From: Candidatus Latescibacterota bacterium
GTDB taxonomy: Bacteria > Latescibacterota > UBA2968 > UBA8231
Assembly: GCA_965203355.1 (NCBI GenBank)
Contig: OZ241889.1
Location: forward strand, 3,232,001 to 3,296,000
Direction of reading: 5' to 3'
DNA: 64,000 nt
The notes beneath the pieces are model-generated. The model was not told the DNA's origin. It worked only from the letters and a program-made list of their open reading frames with translations, and ran no database searches. Shown in pieces: positions 27,787 to 36,787 of the stretch. Numbering within the stretch: the stretch's first letter is position 1; each line of letters opens with the position of its first letter. The position numbers and the translations under genes are program-made.

Positions 27787-30111
27787 ATGTCCACCATCCT
27801 CTTGTTGCTCTGCTTGGTCGCCGCCGCTGACGCCGACCAACTGCGCTTCAGTTCGGAGCGCGATTGGCGCGATTGGCAACGGCCCTTCGGCGCAGTCAAG
27901 GTGGCACCCAATGGCTCGATTCAGCCGATGCGCGTTACAAAAAACACCGATGCCGTGCGCGATGCCCTCCAGTTCGGCGGTGGTATCCGCCGGGCCGGCT
28001 CCAATCCCGGGGACGCCGTTGCGCTGCTCGACGGCAATCCAGCGACCGGTTGGGCACCGCGCCCAAGCGACGATCCGGCCGACTGGTTCGTGGAAATCGA
28101 CCTGGGCCGCAGCGTCTCGGCGCACAGCATCGCCTTGGTTTTCGCGGCCGACGCCCCTCCCTTTGAGCTGTTCGACCTCTTGCTCTCCTCAGGCGAGCCC
28201 CAGCTCGACCAAGTAGCCAATCCGATTGCCGGCTCCCTGCTCTACCGCATTAAGGAACGCTTCAAAGAAAACACGCGCCACCGCGTCACATTCGCTCCGG
28301 GCGACGCGCTCTATCTAACGCCGATCCGCTACCTGCAAATCCGCAACCTCAAACACGTTCCCGATGCCCGGCTCGTCGCAGTCCAAGTCGAGAGCATCGG
28401 CGACAATCTCACCCTCAACCTGCTCGAGCGCGGCGGCGTCATAGACGTAGTCATCGATGCCTTTTTCCGCGCCGAAGAAGTCGCTTTGGGCAACGCGCTC
28501 AACCTAGTCGATGGCTCGATCTTCGATCGCTGGCGCAACGGGCGCGAGCCGCGCAACACCTACAATACTTGGAGCCACATCACCATCGACTTGGGGGCCG
28601 TCTATCCGGTGGACTTCGTACGCCTGATTACCGGCGTGGCCATCCGCGGCGGCTTTGGCGAACACCTGCTGCGCACCCGGGCCGGAGCCAGCGGGTCGCG
28701 CTCCTTCAGCTACAAGACCTACGAAGTCCTCACCTCGGACGGCACCATAGCCCCGGACGGCACCCGCATCTGGACGCGGCACTTTACCGGGTCCGCGGGC
28801 AGCGAAAACCACAGCGCCGGGTTGGCCGACCACCAGTTTCCCACCCTGCCAGCCCGCTACGTCCGCATCGCTTGGCTGATCTGGGACGCCACCTGCGCCG
28901 CGACCCTGCCCGACGCTTCCTCGCGCTGGGCCTGCTACGCCAACGGCTCAGCCGAGGAGATCCAAGTGTACGGCGAAGGCTATCCCCTTTCGGTCGATCT
29001 CCGCTCGCCGCTGATCGACCTAGGCACCGGCAAGAATCTCAATTCGCTTGAGTGGCAAGCCCAGACTCCCTTGGGCACCCATATCGAAGTCCGCTCTCGC
29101 ACCGGCAACGAGGTCGTCGAGCAATACACTTTTCACGACAAAAATGGCAAGGAAGTGACCGAGAAGCGCTACGACAAACTGATCCCCAGTTTTAAGGGCA
29201 AGATCGACACCACGCGCATCCCCGGAGCAGACTGGAGCCCCTGGAGCAATATGTACAGCGCGTCGGGTGCGGCCTTCCAATCGCCTTCTCCGCGCCGCTT
29301 TATGGAACTCGATGTGCGCTTGGCGTCCGACAGCCCGACGCAAGCACCCCACTTTAACGGGCTGGCCGTCCACTTCAGCGATCCCCTCGCGTCCGGGGTC
29401 GTCGGCGAAGTGTTCCCTCTCCAAGCCGCTCCCGGCCAAGCGACCCAGTTTTCCTACTTCTTGCGGCCCGCGACAACCCGCGATGGTTTCGACCAGATCG
29501 CCATTGAAGCCACCCCCATCCCTCGCTTTGACGCCGCCTGGGTCGATGGCGATCCGGTCGCGGTGGCCACCGACCCCCTCGCGCAGGGCTTTCGCGCCAC
29601 GTTCCCGCGCCGCATTCGCAGTCGCCAACTCGTCGAACTGCGCTTTACCGCCCCCATTTATCTACAGGCGACCCGCTTCAACGCCTTTCTCGAAGACAGT
29701 CAAAAGGCGCAAACGCGGCAACTCGTGGACCCAGGCGACGCGGCCCCTCAAGTCGAGAGCAGTTCCAACATCGTGCGCTTGCCCGTGGCCACCCCACTCT
29801 TTGCCGGCCTCTCGTTTAGCCCCGCGCTCATTACGCCCAATGGCGACGGGATCAACGATCAACTCCTCATCTCCTTCGATCTCATCAACGTGCTCTCGGC
29901 CCGCCCCTTACACCTGCGGCTCTACGACTTGTCCGGTCGGCTGCTTTTTACCCAAGAGCGGGCCGCCCAAGCCGGCCACATCGCCTGGCACTGGGACGGG
30001 CGCGACCTAAACGGCCAGCGCACACCGCCCGGCCTCTACCTAGCCGAACTACACGTCGCGGGCGATGCGGGGAATCGCAGTGTGCGACGGATCGTAGCCG
30101 TGGCCTACTAG
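27787..30111 (+). CDS. Secreted protein with discoidin-like repeats and C-terminal FlgD-Ig domain (paralog 1)
   Basis: Start refined to ATG 27787 (signal peptide MSTILLLLCLVAAADA); DGNPATGW...IDLG motifs; ITPNGDGIND and WDGRDLNG...PGLY. Confidence 0.8.
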   Translation: MSTILLLLCLVAAADADQLRFSSERDWRDWQRPFGAVKVAPNGSIQPMRVTKNTDAVRDALQFGGGIRRAGSNPGDAVALLDGNPATGWAPRPSDDPADWFVEIDLGRSVSAHSIALVFAADAPPFELFDLLLSSGEPQLDQVANPIAGSLLYRIKERFKENTRHRVTFAPGDALYLTPIRYLQIRNLKHVPDARLVAVQVESIGDNLTLNLLERGGVIDVVIDAFFRAEEVALGNALNLVDGSIFDRWRNGREPRNTYNTWSHITIDLGAVYPVDFVRLITGVAIRGGFGEHLLRTRAGASGSRSFSYKTYEVLTSDGTIAPDGTRIWTRHFTGSAGSENHSAGLADHQFPTLPARYVRIAWLIWDATCAATLPDASSRWACYANGSAEEIQVYGEGYPLSVDLRSPLIDLGTGKNLNSLEWQAQTPLGTHIEVRSRTGNEVVEQYTFHDKNGKEVTEKRYDKLIPSFKGKIDTTRIPGADWSPWSNMYSASGAAFQSPSPRRFMELDVRLASDSPTQAPHFNGLAVHFSDPLASGVVGEVFPLQAAPGQATQFSYFLRPATTRDGFDQIAIEATPIPRFDAAWVDGDPVAVATDPLAQGFRATFPRRIRSRQLVELRFTAPIYLQATRFNAFLEDSQKAQTRQLVDPGDAAPQVESSSNIVRLPVATPLFAGLSFSPALITPNGDGINDQLLISFDLINVLSARPLHLRLYDLSGRLLFTQERAAQAGHIAWHWDGRDLNGQRTPPGLYLAELHVAGDAGNRSVRRIVAVAY

Positions 30112-30181
30112 GATTGCACAGAGGACGATGGAGAAGCTAATCACGCTTGATTCAGCTTCTATGTATGGCTACTTTGGAAGT

Positions 30182-30385
30182 ATGAAAACTACGGTTGATA
30201 TTCCTGAAGATGAGCTTGAGGATGCCATCAGGTTCACGAAAGCGAAGACCAAACGCGAGGCCATTGTCGGAGCCATCGCAGACTTCAACCGCCGCAGGCG
30301 CATGGCGGAACTCGTCCAATATGCTGGCACTTGCCCGGATCTGATCACGCCGCAGGAGCTACAGGCCGGGCGGCGGCAAGGCTGA
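30182..30385 (+). CDS. vapB: VapB-family antitoxin
   Basis: MKTTVDIPEDELEDAIRFTKAKTKREAI pattern, directly upstream of a PIN N-terminus. Confidence 0.8.
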   Translation: MKTTVDIPEDELEDAIRFTKAKTKREAIVGAIADFNRRRRMAELVQYAGTCPDLITPQELQAGRRQG

Positions 30386-30389
30386 GCCG

Positions 30390-30473
30390 ATGATCCTCGT
30401 CGATACCTCCTCTTGGATACACATGCTCCGGCCGAGCGGCGATCCCACGGTCCGCGCTCGCGTCGAAGCGGCA
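30390..30473 (+). pseudogene. vapC: VapC PIN toxin, truncated after ~28 codons
   Basis: MILVDTSSWI is a PIN start; the ORF then continues as antisense of the convergent gene and lacks the other acidic residues. Confidence 0.78.
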
Positions 30474-30509
30474 CCCGCCCACCGCGCTGCGGATGCGGAT
30501 TTCGAGCCC

Positions 30510-31103
30510 TCACCCCCACAAAAAAAACGCACCCAACAGCGCAACCCACACCACTTCGAGGAAATGCCAATACGCGGCGCAGGCCCGCACTGAGAGCAAA
30601 TGCTCGCTGTCGAGCCGGTTCAAGCGCGCCTTCCACGCCAGCATTGACAACGGCACCATGCCACCTACCACGTGCAGCGCATGAATCGCGATCAGCGCGA
30701 ACGCAATGCCATAGCCCCGCCCCTCCAAGGCCCGGTGGCGGTCGAGCAGCTGTATCAGCGCCGGTATCTGTACCGCGATAAACAACGCGCTCGTCACCCA
30801 AGCCCGGGCCAACCACCGTCGCAAAAGCGGGAAGTGCCCGCGCTTGGCGTTCTGCGTGGCCTGGTACACTGCCAACCCAGCCCCCAACAGCACCGCCGTG
30901 GAAACGATAAGCACCAGCGGCAGCTCAATGCGCTCGCTCCCCGGCAGCCCCGGGCTGGTCAGCCGCAGGTAGGCAAAAGCCGCGATGCTGGCCCCAAACA
31001 GCATCGCGAGCGAGATCAAAAACAGGGCCAGCCCCAACTGGCGACGACCGCGTAGATCGGGCGAGTTCCAGTTCATCCGCAGCGGCACTCCGGCAAAGGC
31101 CAT
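30510..31103 (-). CDS. Heme-copper oxidase subunit III family protein (stand-alone)
   Basis: Five hydrophobic helices, HALHVVGG and YWHFLEVVW. Confidence 0.85.
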   Translation of the reverse strand: MAFAGVPLRMNWNSPDLRGRRQLGLALFLISLAMLFGASIAAFAYLRLTSPGLPGSERIELPLVLIVSTAVLLGAGLAVYQATQNAKRGHFPLLRRWLARAWVTSALFIAVQIPALIQLLDRHRALEGRGYGIAFALIAIHALHVVGGMVPLSMLAWKARLNRLDSEHLLSVRACAAYWHFLEVVWVALLGAFFLWG

Positions 31104-31110
31104 CCCCGTC

Positions 31111-32130
31111 TCACGGCGTCGGCGCAGCCTCTGGCAGCAACCCTTCGGCCTTCAACTCCGCCCACAGAGCCGCCGGAATCTCCACCTGCATCACGCGCGC
31201 ATTGTCCTCCAGCTCGGCCACCGACGCCGCGCCGGGCACCGCTGAAATCACGGCCTCGTGCCCAAAGGGAAATTGCAAGGCCGCGGCCCGCAGTTCAACG
31301 CCGTGTCGGTCGCAGACGGCCTTGAGTGCCTTGGCCTGTTGCACCAGCGGCTCAGACGCGGGTTGGTAATCAAAAGAGACCGCCTGGTTCAAATCGCGGG
31401 CGAGGATGCCGCTGTTGTACGGCCCACCCATGGTCAGCTTTACTCCGCGCGCTAGGCACAGCGGCAAAAACTCGGGCAAGGCCGACTGGTCCAGCAGCGT
31501 GTAACGCCCGGCTAGCAGGATAAAATCCAAATCAAAGCGCTCAACCATCCGCCCAGTGCGCTCCCACTCGTTCATGCCCAGGCCAATGGCCTTGACCGCG
31601 CCGGTTGCCCGCAACTCGACCGCGGCCGCCAGTGCCTCGATAAAGTCCTCGTCCGCGTGCTGCCCCTTGAAGTCGCTGTCGTGGACAAAAAAAATATCCA
31701 CCGCCGCCAAGCCCAGCCGTTCCAAGCTCGCAGCGAGCGAGGCTTTCAGGCCCGCCGCACTGAAGTCAAAATCGCAGATGTAGCGCGGGATCCCGTCCTC
31801 GCTGTAAGGAGCCAAGTCGTCCGGGTTTTCAGGCCGCAACACCCGCGATCCCTTGGTCGAGATGGCAAATGACGCACGCGGGAACTCACCGAGCACCCGC
31901 CCATAGCGCACCTCGCTGCGGCCATTGCCGTACAGGGGCGCGGTGTCAAAATAGCGCACGCCCATTTCGTAGGCCCGGCCGATGATGGCCAACGCTTCGT
32001 CGTAGCCGCTGCCGACAAAAATCCCATCGGCCAGAACCATTCCGCCCAACGGCGCACCGCCTAACCCCAACCGCGTCACCTCCACGCCCGTACTGCCAAT
32101 CGCTACCTTTTCAAAAGGGTTCATGCTCAC
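31111..32130 (-). CDS. Aldo/keto reductase (D-threo-aldose dehydrogenase-like)
   Basis: FDTAPLYGNGRSE, STK, SLERLG, HD, GRYTLLDQ, GGPYNSGIL. Confidence 0.9.
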   Translation of the reverse strand: MSMNPFEKVAIGSTGVEVTRLGLGGAPLGGMVLADGIFVGSGYDEALAIIGRAYEMGVRYFDTAPLYGNGRSEVRYGRVLGEFPRASFAISTKGSRVLRPENPDDLAPYSEDGIPRYICDFDFSAAGLKASLAASLERLGLAAVDIFFVHDSDFKGQHADEDFIEALAAAVELRATGAVKAIGLGMNEWERTGRMVERFDLDFILLAGRYTLLDQSALPEFLPLCLARGVKLTMGGPYNSGILARDLNQAVSFDYQPASEPLVQQAKALKAVCDRHGVELRAAALQFPFGHEAVISAVPGAASVAELEDNARVMQVEIPAALWAELKAEGLLPEAAPTP

Positions 32131-33023
32131 TCCAGTCCGTAGAGCCGCTCGGCATTGCCGGCGAACAACTTAGCCTGCTCTTCCGCTAGCCGCCCGGCGA
32201 CAATCTCCCGCAGCGCCGCCACCCAGGCCCCCAAACTCGCCCCAAAGTTGCACACCGGCCAGTCGCCGCCGAACACCACCCGGTCCGGCCCAAAGCGGTC
32301 CAAGCAGTGATTGACCGTCGGCGCCAGCGCATCGGCATTCCACCCGGCGGAGGCCCGGGCGACGATCCCGGATATTTTGCAGACTACGTGTTCCCAGGCG
32401 CCCAATGCGGCTATATCGCCCTGCCACTGCGCTTTGGTGTGGCTGAAGGGATTGGCTGGCTCGGGTGTTGCCGTGCCATTGACGATCTGGGGATCGGCGT
32501 TGCCGCAGTGATCGACGATGAAGCGCGTGTCCGGGCACTGCTCCACCAAGCGGACCGCGTCCCCTAACTCGCTCGGCCGCAGACACAAATCAAAGCTCAG
32601 GCCGATCTCGCCCAGATACTGCACATCCCGCACGAAACGCTCCTGCAAGCATCGGCCCGGCTCGGCGTCGGGCACGTGCAATACCTGCCGCACACCCTTG
32701 ATAAAATCGCGGTCCTTGAAACGGTCGATATAGGCGCGGAAACCCTCCTCCCCCGGGCTACCGCCGATCACCGCGCCAGTCATTGGGTTGTCGTCGGCAC
32801 CGCACAGGCCGATGACAAACTCCGCTTCCGCCGTGCGCTGCTCAGCGGCGACGTCGACTTCCATGTAAATGGTGCGGGCCATACCAGCCCCCGCGCTCGC
32901 TGCCAAGTAATCGCTCATCAGGTAATTTTTCCGCAGCGACTCCATGCCCTCGCCCTCCAGCCACGGCAGGGTGAATCGCGCCAAGTCCCACAGGTGTTGA
33001 TGCGTATCGACGATAGGTAGCAT
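32127..33023 (-). CDS. Amidohydrolase_2 family protein (L-fuconolactonase-like)
   Basis: DTHQHLW, DHCG, CKISG, FGGDWPV; overlaps the AKR gene start. Confidence 0.88.
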   Translation of the reverse strand: MLPIVDTHQHLWDLARFTLPWLEGEGMESLRKNYLMSDYLAASAGAGMARTIYMEVDVAAEQRTAEAEFVIGLCGADDNPMTGAVIGGSPGEEGFRAYIDRFKDRDFIKGVRQVLHVPDAEPGRCLQERFVRDVQYLGEIGLSFDLCLRPSELGDAVRLVEQCPDTRFIVDHCGNADPQIVNGTATPEPANPFSHTKAQWQGDIAALGAWEHVVCKISGIVARASAGWNADALAPTVNHCLDRFGPDRVVFGGDWPVCNFGASLGAWVAALREIVAGRLAEEQAKLFAGNAERLYGLE

Positions 33024-33036
33024 AATCCTTCCTTTT

Positions 33037-34539
33037 TTACGCTTCGCGTTTCAACGATGCGAAGACGGCTTCTATCCACTCCGGCAACGCTCCGTTCTCC
33101 TCCAGCGACCGGATTGCGGCGGCAACTTCTTCTTTGGCTAGGGTATCGAAAAAAGCCGTCGTCGGCACGAGGGCTTCGTTCAGATCATTGGGTTCAAACT
33201 TGTCCAGCGACCGACCGTATTGGCGCCTAGCGCGTGCGACGATCTGTCGGCCCATTTGCGATGCCAGATAGACGAACAAGTGCTCTACGTATGCGGCACC
33301 CAACAAGTTGGGTTGGAATCCATGATAGCAAGTCAAGTTCAATGCCTCGGTCTTGTTTAACACGACCTTGTAGCCGTTGCGCGAGAACACGCCGAACAAA
33401 AGGGGCGCCGGACTTCGCTGCTCGGTTTTGTACCACGGCGTTCTGTTTTTTGTCAAAAATCGCTCGTGATAGCCCGCGTTCTCCCCAAACCGGATGTAAT
33501 CCGCAGCGGCCTTGGAGGGCTTGCCAAGGACCGAGAACAGGAAAACGGGATTATCCGCAAAATCCTCACCCCTAAAAACGGCCGTGTTAATCTGCGAACT
33601 CTTGGCGATACAAGGTACGCACTCGGTCGGGCCGAGGCGTCTTGCTGCCACAAGCGCAGGATGTAGGACGAAAAACGCATTCGCACCGGTGGCAATGCCG
33701 CGGCCAAACCTGCCAAAGTGTGCGAGCGGGGTCGTCTTTTGGCGATCGACGCGGAACGCTGTTCCCGCGAAATGAGGCAACCACTTGGCTTGCGGATCCA
33801 AGGCCGAGCAAGGAACTTCAGCCACGGGTTGCAGGCTCTCGAATGCGGCGAGTTCGTCTATGGATTGCAAGCGGAAAAACCGGACGGCGACACGACAAAC
33901 CGCTTTGTCGTATAAAATGATGCCCACAGACGTAGTGGCATCCGGGAAAATGTCTTGCTCGCAATCAAAGCTGATAAGGCTGCACAAGTGCCCGGATTCA
34001 ACGAGTTTTTGCTTTACCAATGTGCCGTATCCCGCGTTCAAAAACTCGAGCGGCATGATATACGCCAAGCGACCGCGCTCAGCAAGTTCAGCAAGGGACT
34101 TGAGCAAAAAGGCCGAAGCGGTGTTCGTATAGCCAGAAAGCTGGATGCCGATCTTTTGCTCAAACGCTCGAATGACCCCATCTCTGTTGAGAAACTTCTG
34201 AAAACGCATATACGGTGGGTTACAAACGATATTAGCGTATTGGCCCCCCCAAGCAAGCAAATAGTCTTCAACTGCAACAAAATCCGCACGTTCCTCTGTG
34301 TTGCGTTCCCAGAACTCGACGATGGTAGCATCCACTTCACATCCCGTGAACCGAACGTCAGCGCGATCGCCAATCGCCGCTCGAAATGCACCTAACCCAA
34401 ACGCTGGATCAAACACCGCATTCGCCCCTGAATCCAACACCCAATTCACCATAAAAGCGGCGACTGCATCGGGCGTGAAAAACTGCCCAAACCGCTTCTG
34501 GTGCTTCTCGCCAACTGCTTGCAGGTAATCAAGCCCCAT
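33037..34539 (-). CDS. N6-adenine DNA methyltransferase (gamma class)
   Basis: GQFFTP, DPAFGLGAF, CNPPY, C-terminal target-recognition region. Confidence 0.9.
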   Translation of the reverse strand: MGLDYLQAVGEKHQKRFGQFFTPDAVAAFMVNWVLDSGANAVFDPAFGLGAFRAAIGDRADVRFTGCEVDATIVEFWERNTEERADFVAVEDYLLAWGGQYANIVCNPPYMRFQKFLNRDGVIRAFEQKIGIQLSGYTNTASAFLLKSLAELAERGRLAYIMPLEFLNAGYGTLVKQKLVESGHLCSLISFDCEQDIFPDATTSVGIILYDKAVCRVAVRFFRLQSIDELAAFESLQPVAEVPCSALDPQAKWLPHFAGTAFRVDRQKTTPLAHFGRFGRGIATGANAFFVLHPALVAARRLGPTECVPCIAKSSQINTAVFRGEDFADNPVFLFSVLGKPSKAAADYIRFGENAGYHERFLTKNRTPWYKTEQRSPAPLLFGVFSRNGYKVVLNKTEALNLTCYHGFQPNLLGAAYVEHLFVYLASQMGRQIVARARRQYGRSLDKFEPNDLNEALVPTTAFFDTLAKEEVAAAIRSLEENGALPEWIEAVFASLKREA

Positions 34540-34750
34540 TTCGACTTAGTTGCGCGGAACTAAACGCTACCAAACGATTCCAGTCTATACGCCCATCGCC
34601 GGTGCAGAATTTTTTAGAGAACTCTATCGCTAGTCGGTTGACAACTGCTGCGCGACCCAACTCAAAGTCATCGTTCCGTTTCTTGGCACCGTGTCCTAGC
34701 GGCTCCATGATGCGAGTAAAGAAATCGGCCGCATTGGTGATAAGGTTCAC
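34529..34750 (-). pseudogene. Internally deleted PmeII/EcoO109I-family restriction endonuclease (C-terminal remnant)
   Basis: IMEPLGHGAKKRNDDF...VNRLAIEFSKKFC..DGRIDWNRLVAFSS resembles that family's C-terminus as I recall it; only 73 aa; overlaps both methylase genes. Confidence 0.68.
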
Positions 34751-35703
34751 AATGCCAACCGCAAATTCCGGGATTCTTGGTCGAGTTGCTGCCGGAGACT
34801 CTCGTAATACGGCTCGTGCATCTCAATGCCGATAACGTGCCGCCCTTTAGCAAGCGCGACAAACGCCGTCGTCCCCGAGCCAACAAACGGATCCAACACC
34901 ATATCGCCGGGGTCGGTGAACAAATCTATAAACCACGCCGGCAACCAACGCGGAAAAGCCGCACTATGGCTGCGATTGGCACATTCCGTAGCGCGATGCA
35001 GCACGTTGGTAGGATACACCTTATCGCGTCCCAGCCAGTTTTCCACCTTCTTGCCAAAGCCACTGCCGACTTTGGACTCGTCGCGCTGGCGATCGGCCGC
35101 GCTCAGGTTGTGCATCCGATGCTCATACCAGTCGCCCATAGGAACCATCACGGCTTCTTGGTTCATCTTGAATTTGCGCTGCTTGTTGAACTGCAATAGC
35201 CGCTCCCAAGAATCCCGGAAGCGATTCGGCCACTTGCCGGGATAGCAGTTTTTCTTGTGCCACACAAATTCCTCCGTCCACAGCCAACCTTGCTGCCGCA
35301 GGGCCAAGATCAATTCCAGCACATAAGTGTGCCGCTCCCCTTTAACGGCGCATTCCTTGATGTTTAGAACAAAGGTGCCGCTCGGCTTGAGGACGCGCTG
35401 CAGTTGCTCGGCAATCGGCAAAAACCAAGCCACGTAATCGTCCGGCTTCACTCCGCCATACGTGCTGGAACGCTGATTGGCATAAGGCGGCGACGTAACG
35501 ATCAGATCGACAGAGGCCGACTCGACACAGCCGAGCTCGGTGCGGCAATCACCTAACAAAATGGTAGAAGTAGGCAACGATCCATCTCCTTCAAATACAT
35601 TCCATTCATACACCCACTCCACTCCGACGCAAAGAACACCGAGCGATAGATTGCGGCGGCAGAACAGTTGCGGCGTACCGACGTTGGGATCAACGTATCT
35701 CAA
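34747..35703 (-). CDS. Beta-class amino (N4-C/N6-A) DNA methyltransferase
   Basis: TSPPY precedes HSAAFP and LDPFVGSGTT; real start probably near 35620-35580. Confidence 0.92.
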   Translation of the reverse strand: MRYVDPNVGTPQLFCRRNLSLGVLCVGVEWVYEWNVFEGDGSLPTSTILLGDCRTELGCVESASVDLIVTSPPYANQRSSTYGGVKPDDYVAWFLPIAEQLQRVLKPSGTFVLNIKECAVKGERHTYVLELILALRQQGWLWTEEFVWHKKNCYPGKWPNRFRDSWERLLQFNKQRKFKMNQEAVMVPMGDWYEHRMHNLSAADRQRDESKVGSGFGKKVENWLGRDKVYPTNVLHRATECANRSHSAAFPRWLPAWFIDLFTDPGDMVLDPFVGSGTTAFVALAKGRHVIGIEMHEPYYESLRQQLDQESRNLRLAL

Positions 35704-35799
35704 CTAAGAGAGGGGCTTTTAGCCCGTCAAGCAGCCGCGCCTTGCCCGCCCGCCTGCATCCCCTATATTCAGCCTCGCAGCGGATAACGCTGCGCCACC

Positions 35800-35824
35800 C
35801 TTTAAGCACAGTCCTGCGAGGCTG
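35800..35824 (+). promoter_or_regulatory. PyrR-binding RNA loop
   Basis: CTTTAA (35800-35805) followed by AGTCCTGCGAGGCT (35810-35823), an exact match to the ARUCCNGNGAGGYU consensus, ~60 nt upstream of pyrR. Confidence 0.85.
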
Positions 35825-35885
35825 GCAACGCCGCAAGGCGCGGCTGCTAAACCCCACCCTCCCCCACAGCCCGGAGGCCCACTCA

Positions 35886-36440
35886 ATGACCACCGAACTC
35901 CGAATCCTCGACGCCGACGATATGCGGCGCAGCATCGTCCGCATATCCCACGAAATCATCGAGCGCAACCCAAACCCCGCAGGACTCGTCCTCGTCGGCA
36001 TCCTCCGACGAGGCGTCCCCATCGCCAACCGCATCAGTTCCTGCGTCCAGGAATTCGAGCGCACACCCATTCCCGTCGGCGCGCTCGACATCAACCTCTA
36101 CCGCGACGACCTCTCCCGTCTCCCCCAGCCCGTCGTCCGGCGAACCGACATCCCCGTCGACCTCGACGCCAAAACCGTCATCCTCGTCGACGACGTCTTC
36201 TGCTCAGGACACACAGCCCGCGCCGCCCTCAACGCCCTCATGGACCTCGGAAGACCACGCGCCGTCCAACTCGCCGTCCTCGTCGACCGCGGACACCACG
36301 AACTCCCCATCCGCGCCGACTATGTCGGCAAGAACATCCCCACATCCAGCAGCGAGGAAATCCAGGTCCGCATCGCCGAAATCGACAGCACCGAGGAAGT
36401 CGCCCTCATCCGCCACGACCGGAATCTCTTGCCTTGCTGA
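35886..36440 (+). CDS. pyrR: Pyrimidine regulatory protein / UPRTase PyrR
   Basis: Start refined to ATG 35886 (GGAGG RBS); RISHEIIERN, LDINLYRDD, LVDRGHHELPIRADYVGKN. Confidence 0.93.
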   Translation: MTTELRILDADDMRRSIVRISHEIIERNPNPAGLVLVGILRRGVPIANRISSCVQEFERTPIPVGALDINLYRDDLSRLPQPVVRRTDIPVDLDAKTVILVDDVFCSGHTARAALNALMDLGRPRAVQLAVLVDRGHHELPIRADYVGKNIPTSSSEEIQVRIAEIDSTEEVALIRHDRNLLPC

Positions 36441-36505
36441 CCGCCGAATGAGGCGACCTTACGCGGCCGCTGCTTCACGGCGATAGCGACGGCTAGGACA
36501 GACGC

Positions 36506-36634
36506 TTACAGATAATTCGCAATCCGCTTGGGCTGCGTCGTCTCCATCGCCGCAATCACCAACGCAAAGCTCGGCAAATTATCTTCAATCCGCGTTGCCG
36601 ACGCCTCGCCGCCCTCCAGCCAATCTACAAACTC
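36506..36634 (-). pseudogene. C-terminal remnant of a Gfo/Idh/MocA oxidoreductase
   Basis: EFVDWLEGGEASATRIEDNLPSFALVIAAMETTQPKRIANYL* aligns by eye with the C-terminus of 8190..9197 (EFVAALEEG...ADNLKSMAMVFAA); no start. Confidence 0.55.
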
Positions 36635-36685
36635 CTTTTAACAGCCATAAAGAATCTCCGAGAGCCTGATGGCTTTAGCCGTTCA

Positions 36686-36783
36686 GTGGCCTGTGGCCTG
36701 TGGCCTGTGGCCTGTCCCCGGCTCCCCCGCTCGGCGCGAAACTAACCACTGACCACTGACCACTGACCACTGACCACTGACCA
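36686..36783. repeat. Two opposed heptamer arrays: (GTGGCCT)x4 and (ACCACTG)x5.6
   Basis: Arrays at 36686-36713 and 36745-36783, read directly. Confidence 0.92.
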
Positions 36784-36787
36784 AAGA

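Noticed and set aside
26433-36684. GGCT(T/A)AAGCC-type short palindromes at ~26435, ~35713 and ~36670 as a REP family
   Set aside because: Only ~10-bp cores with dissimilar flanks and no RAYT transposase in the window.
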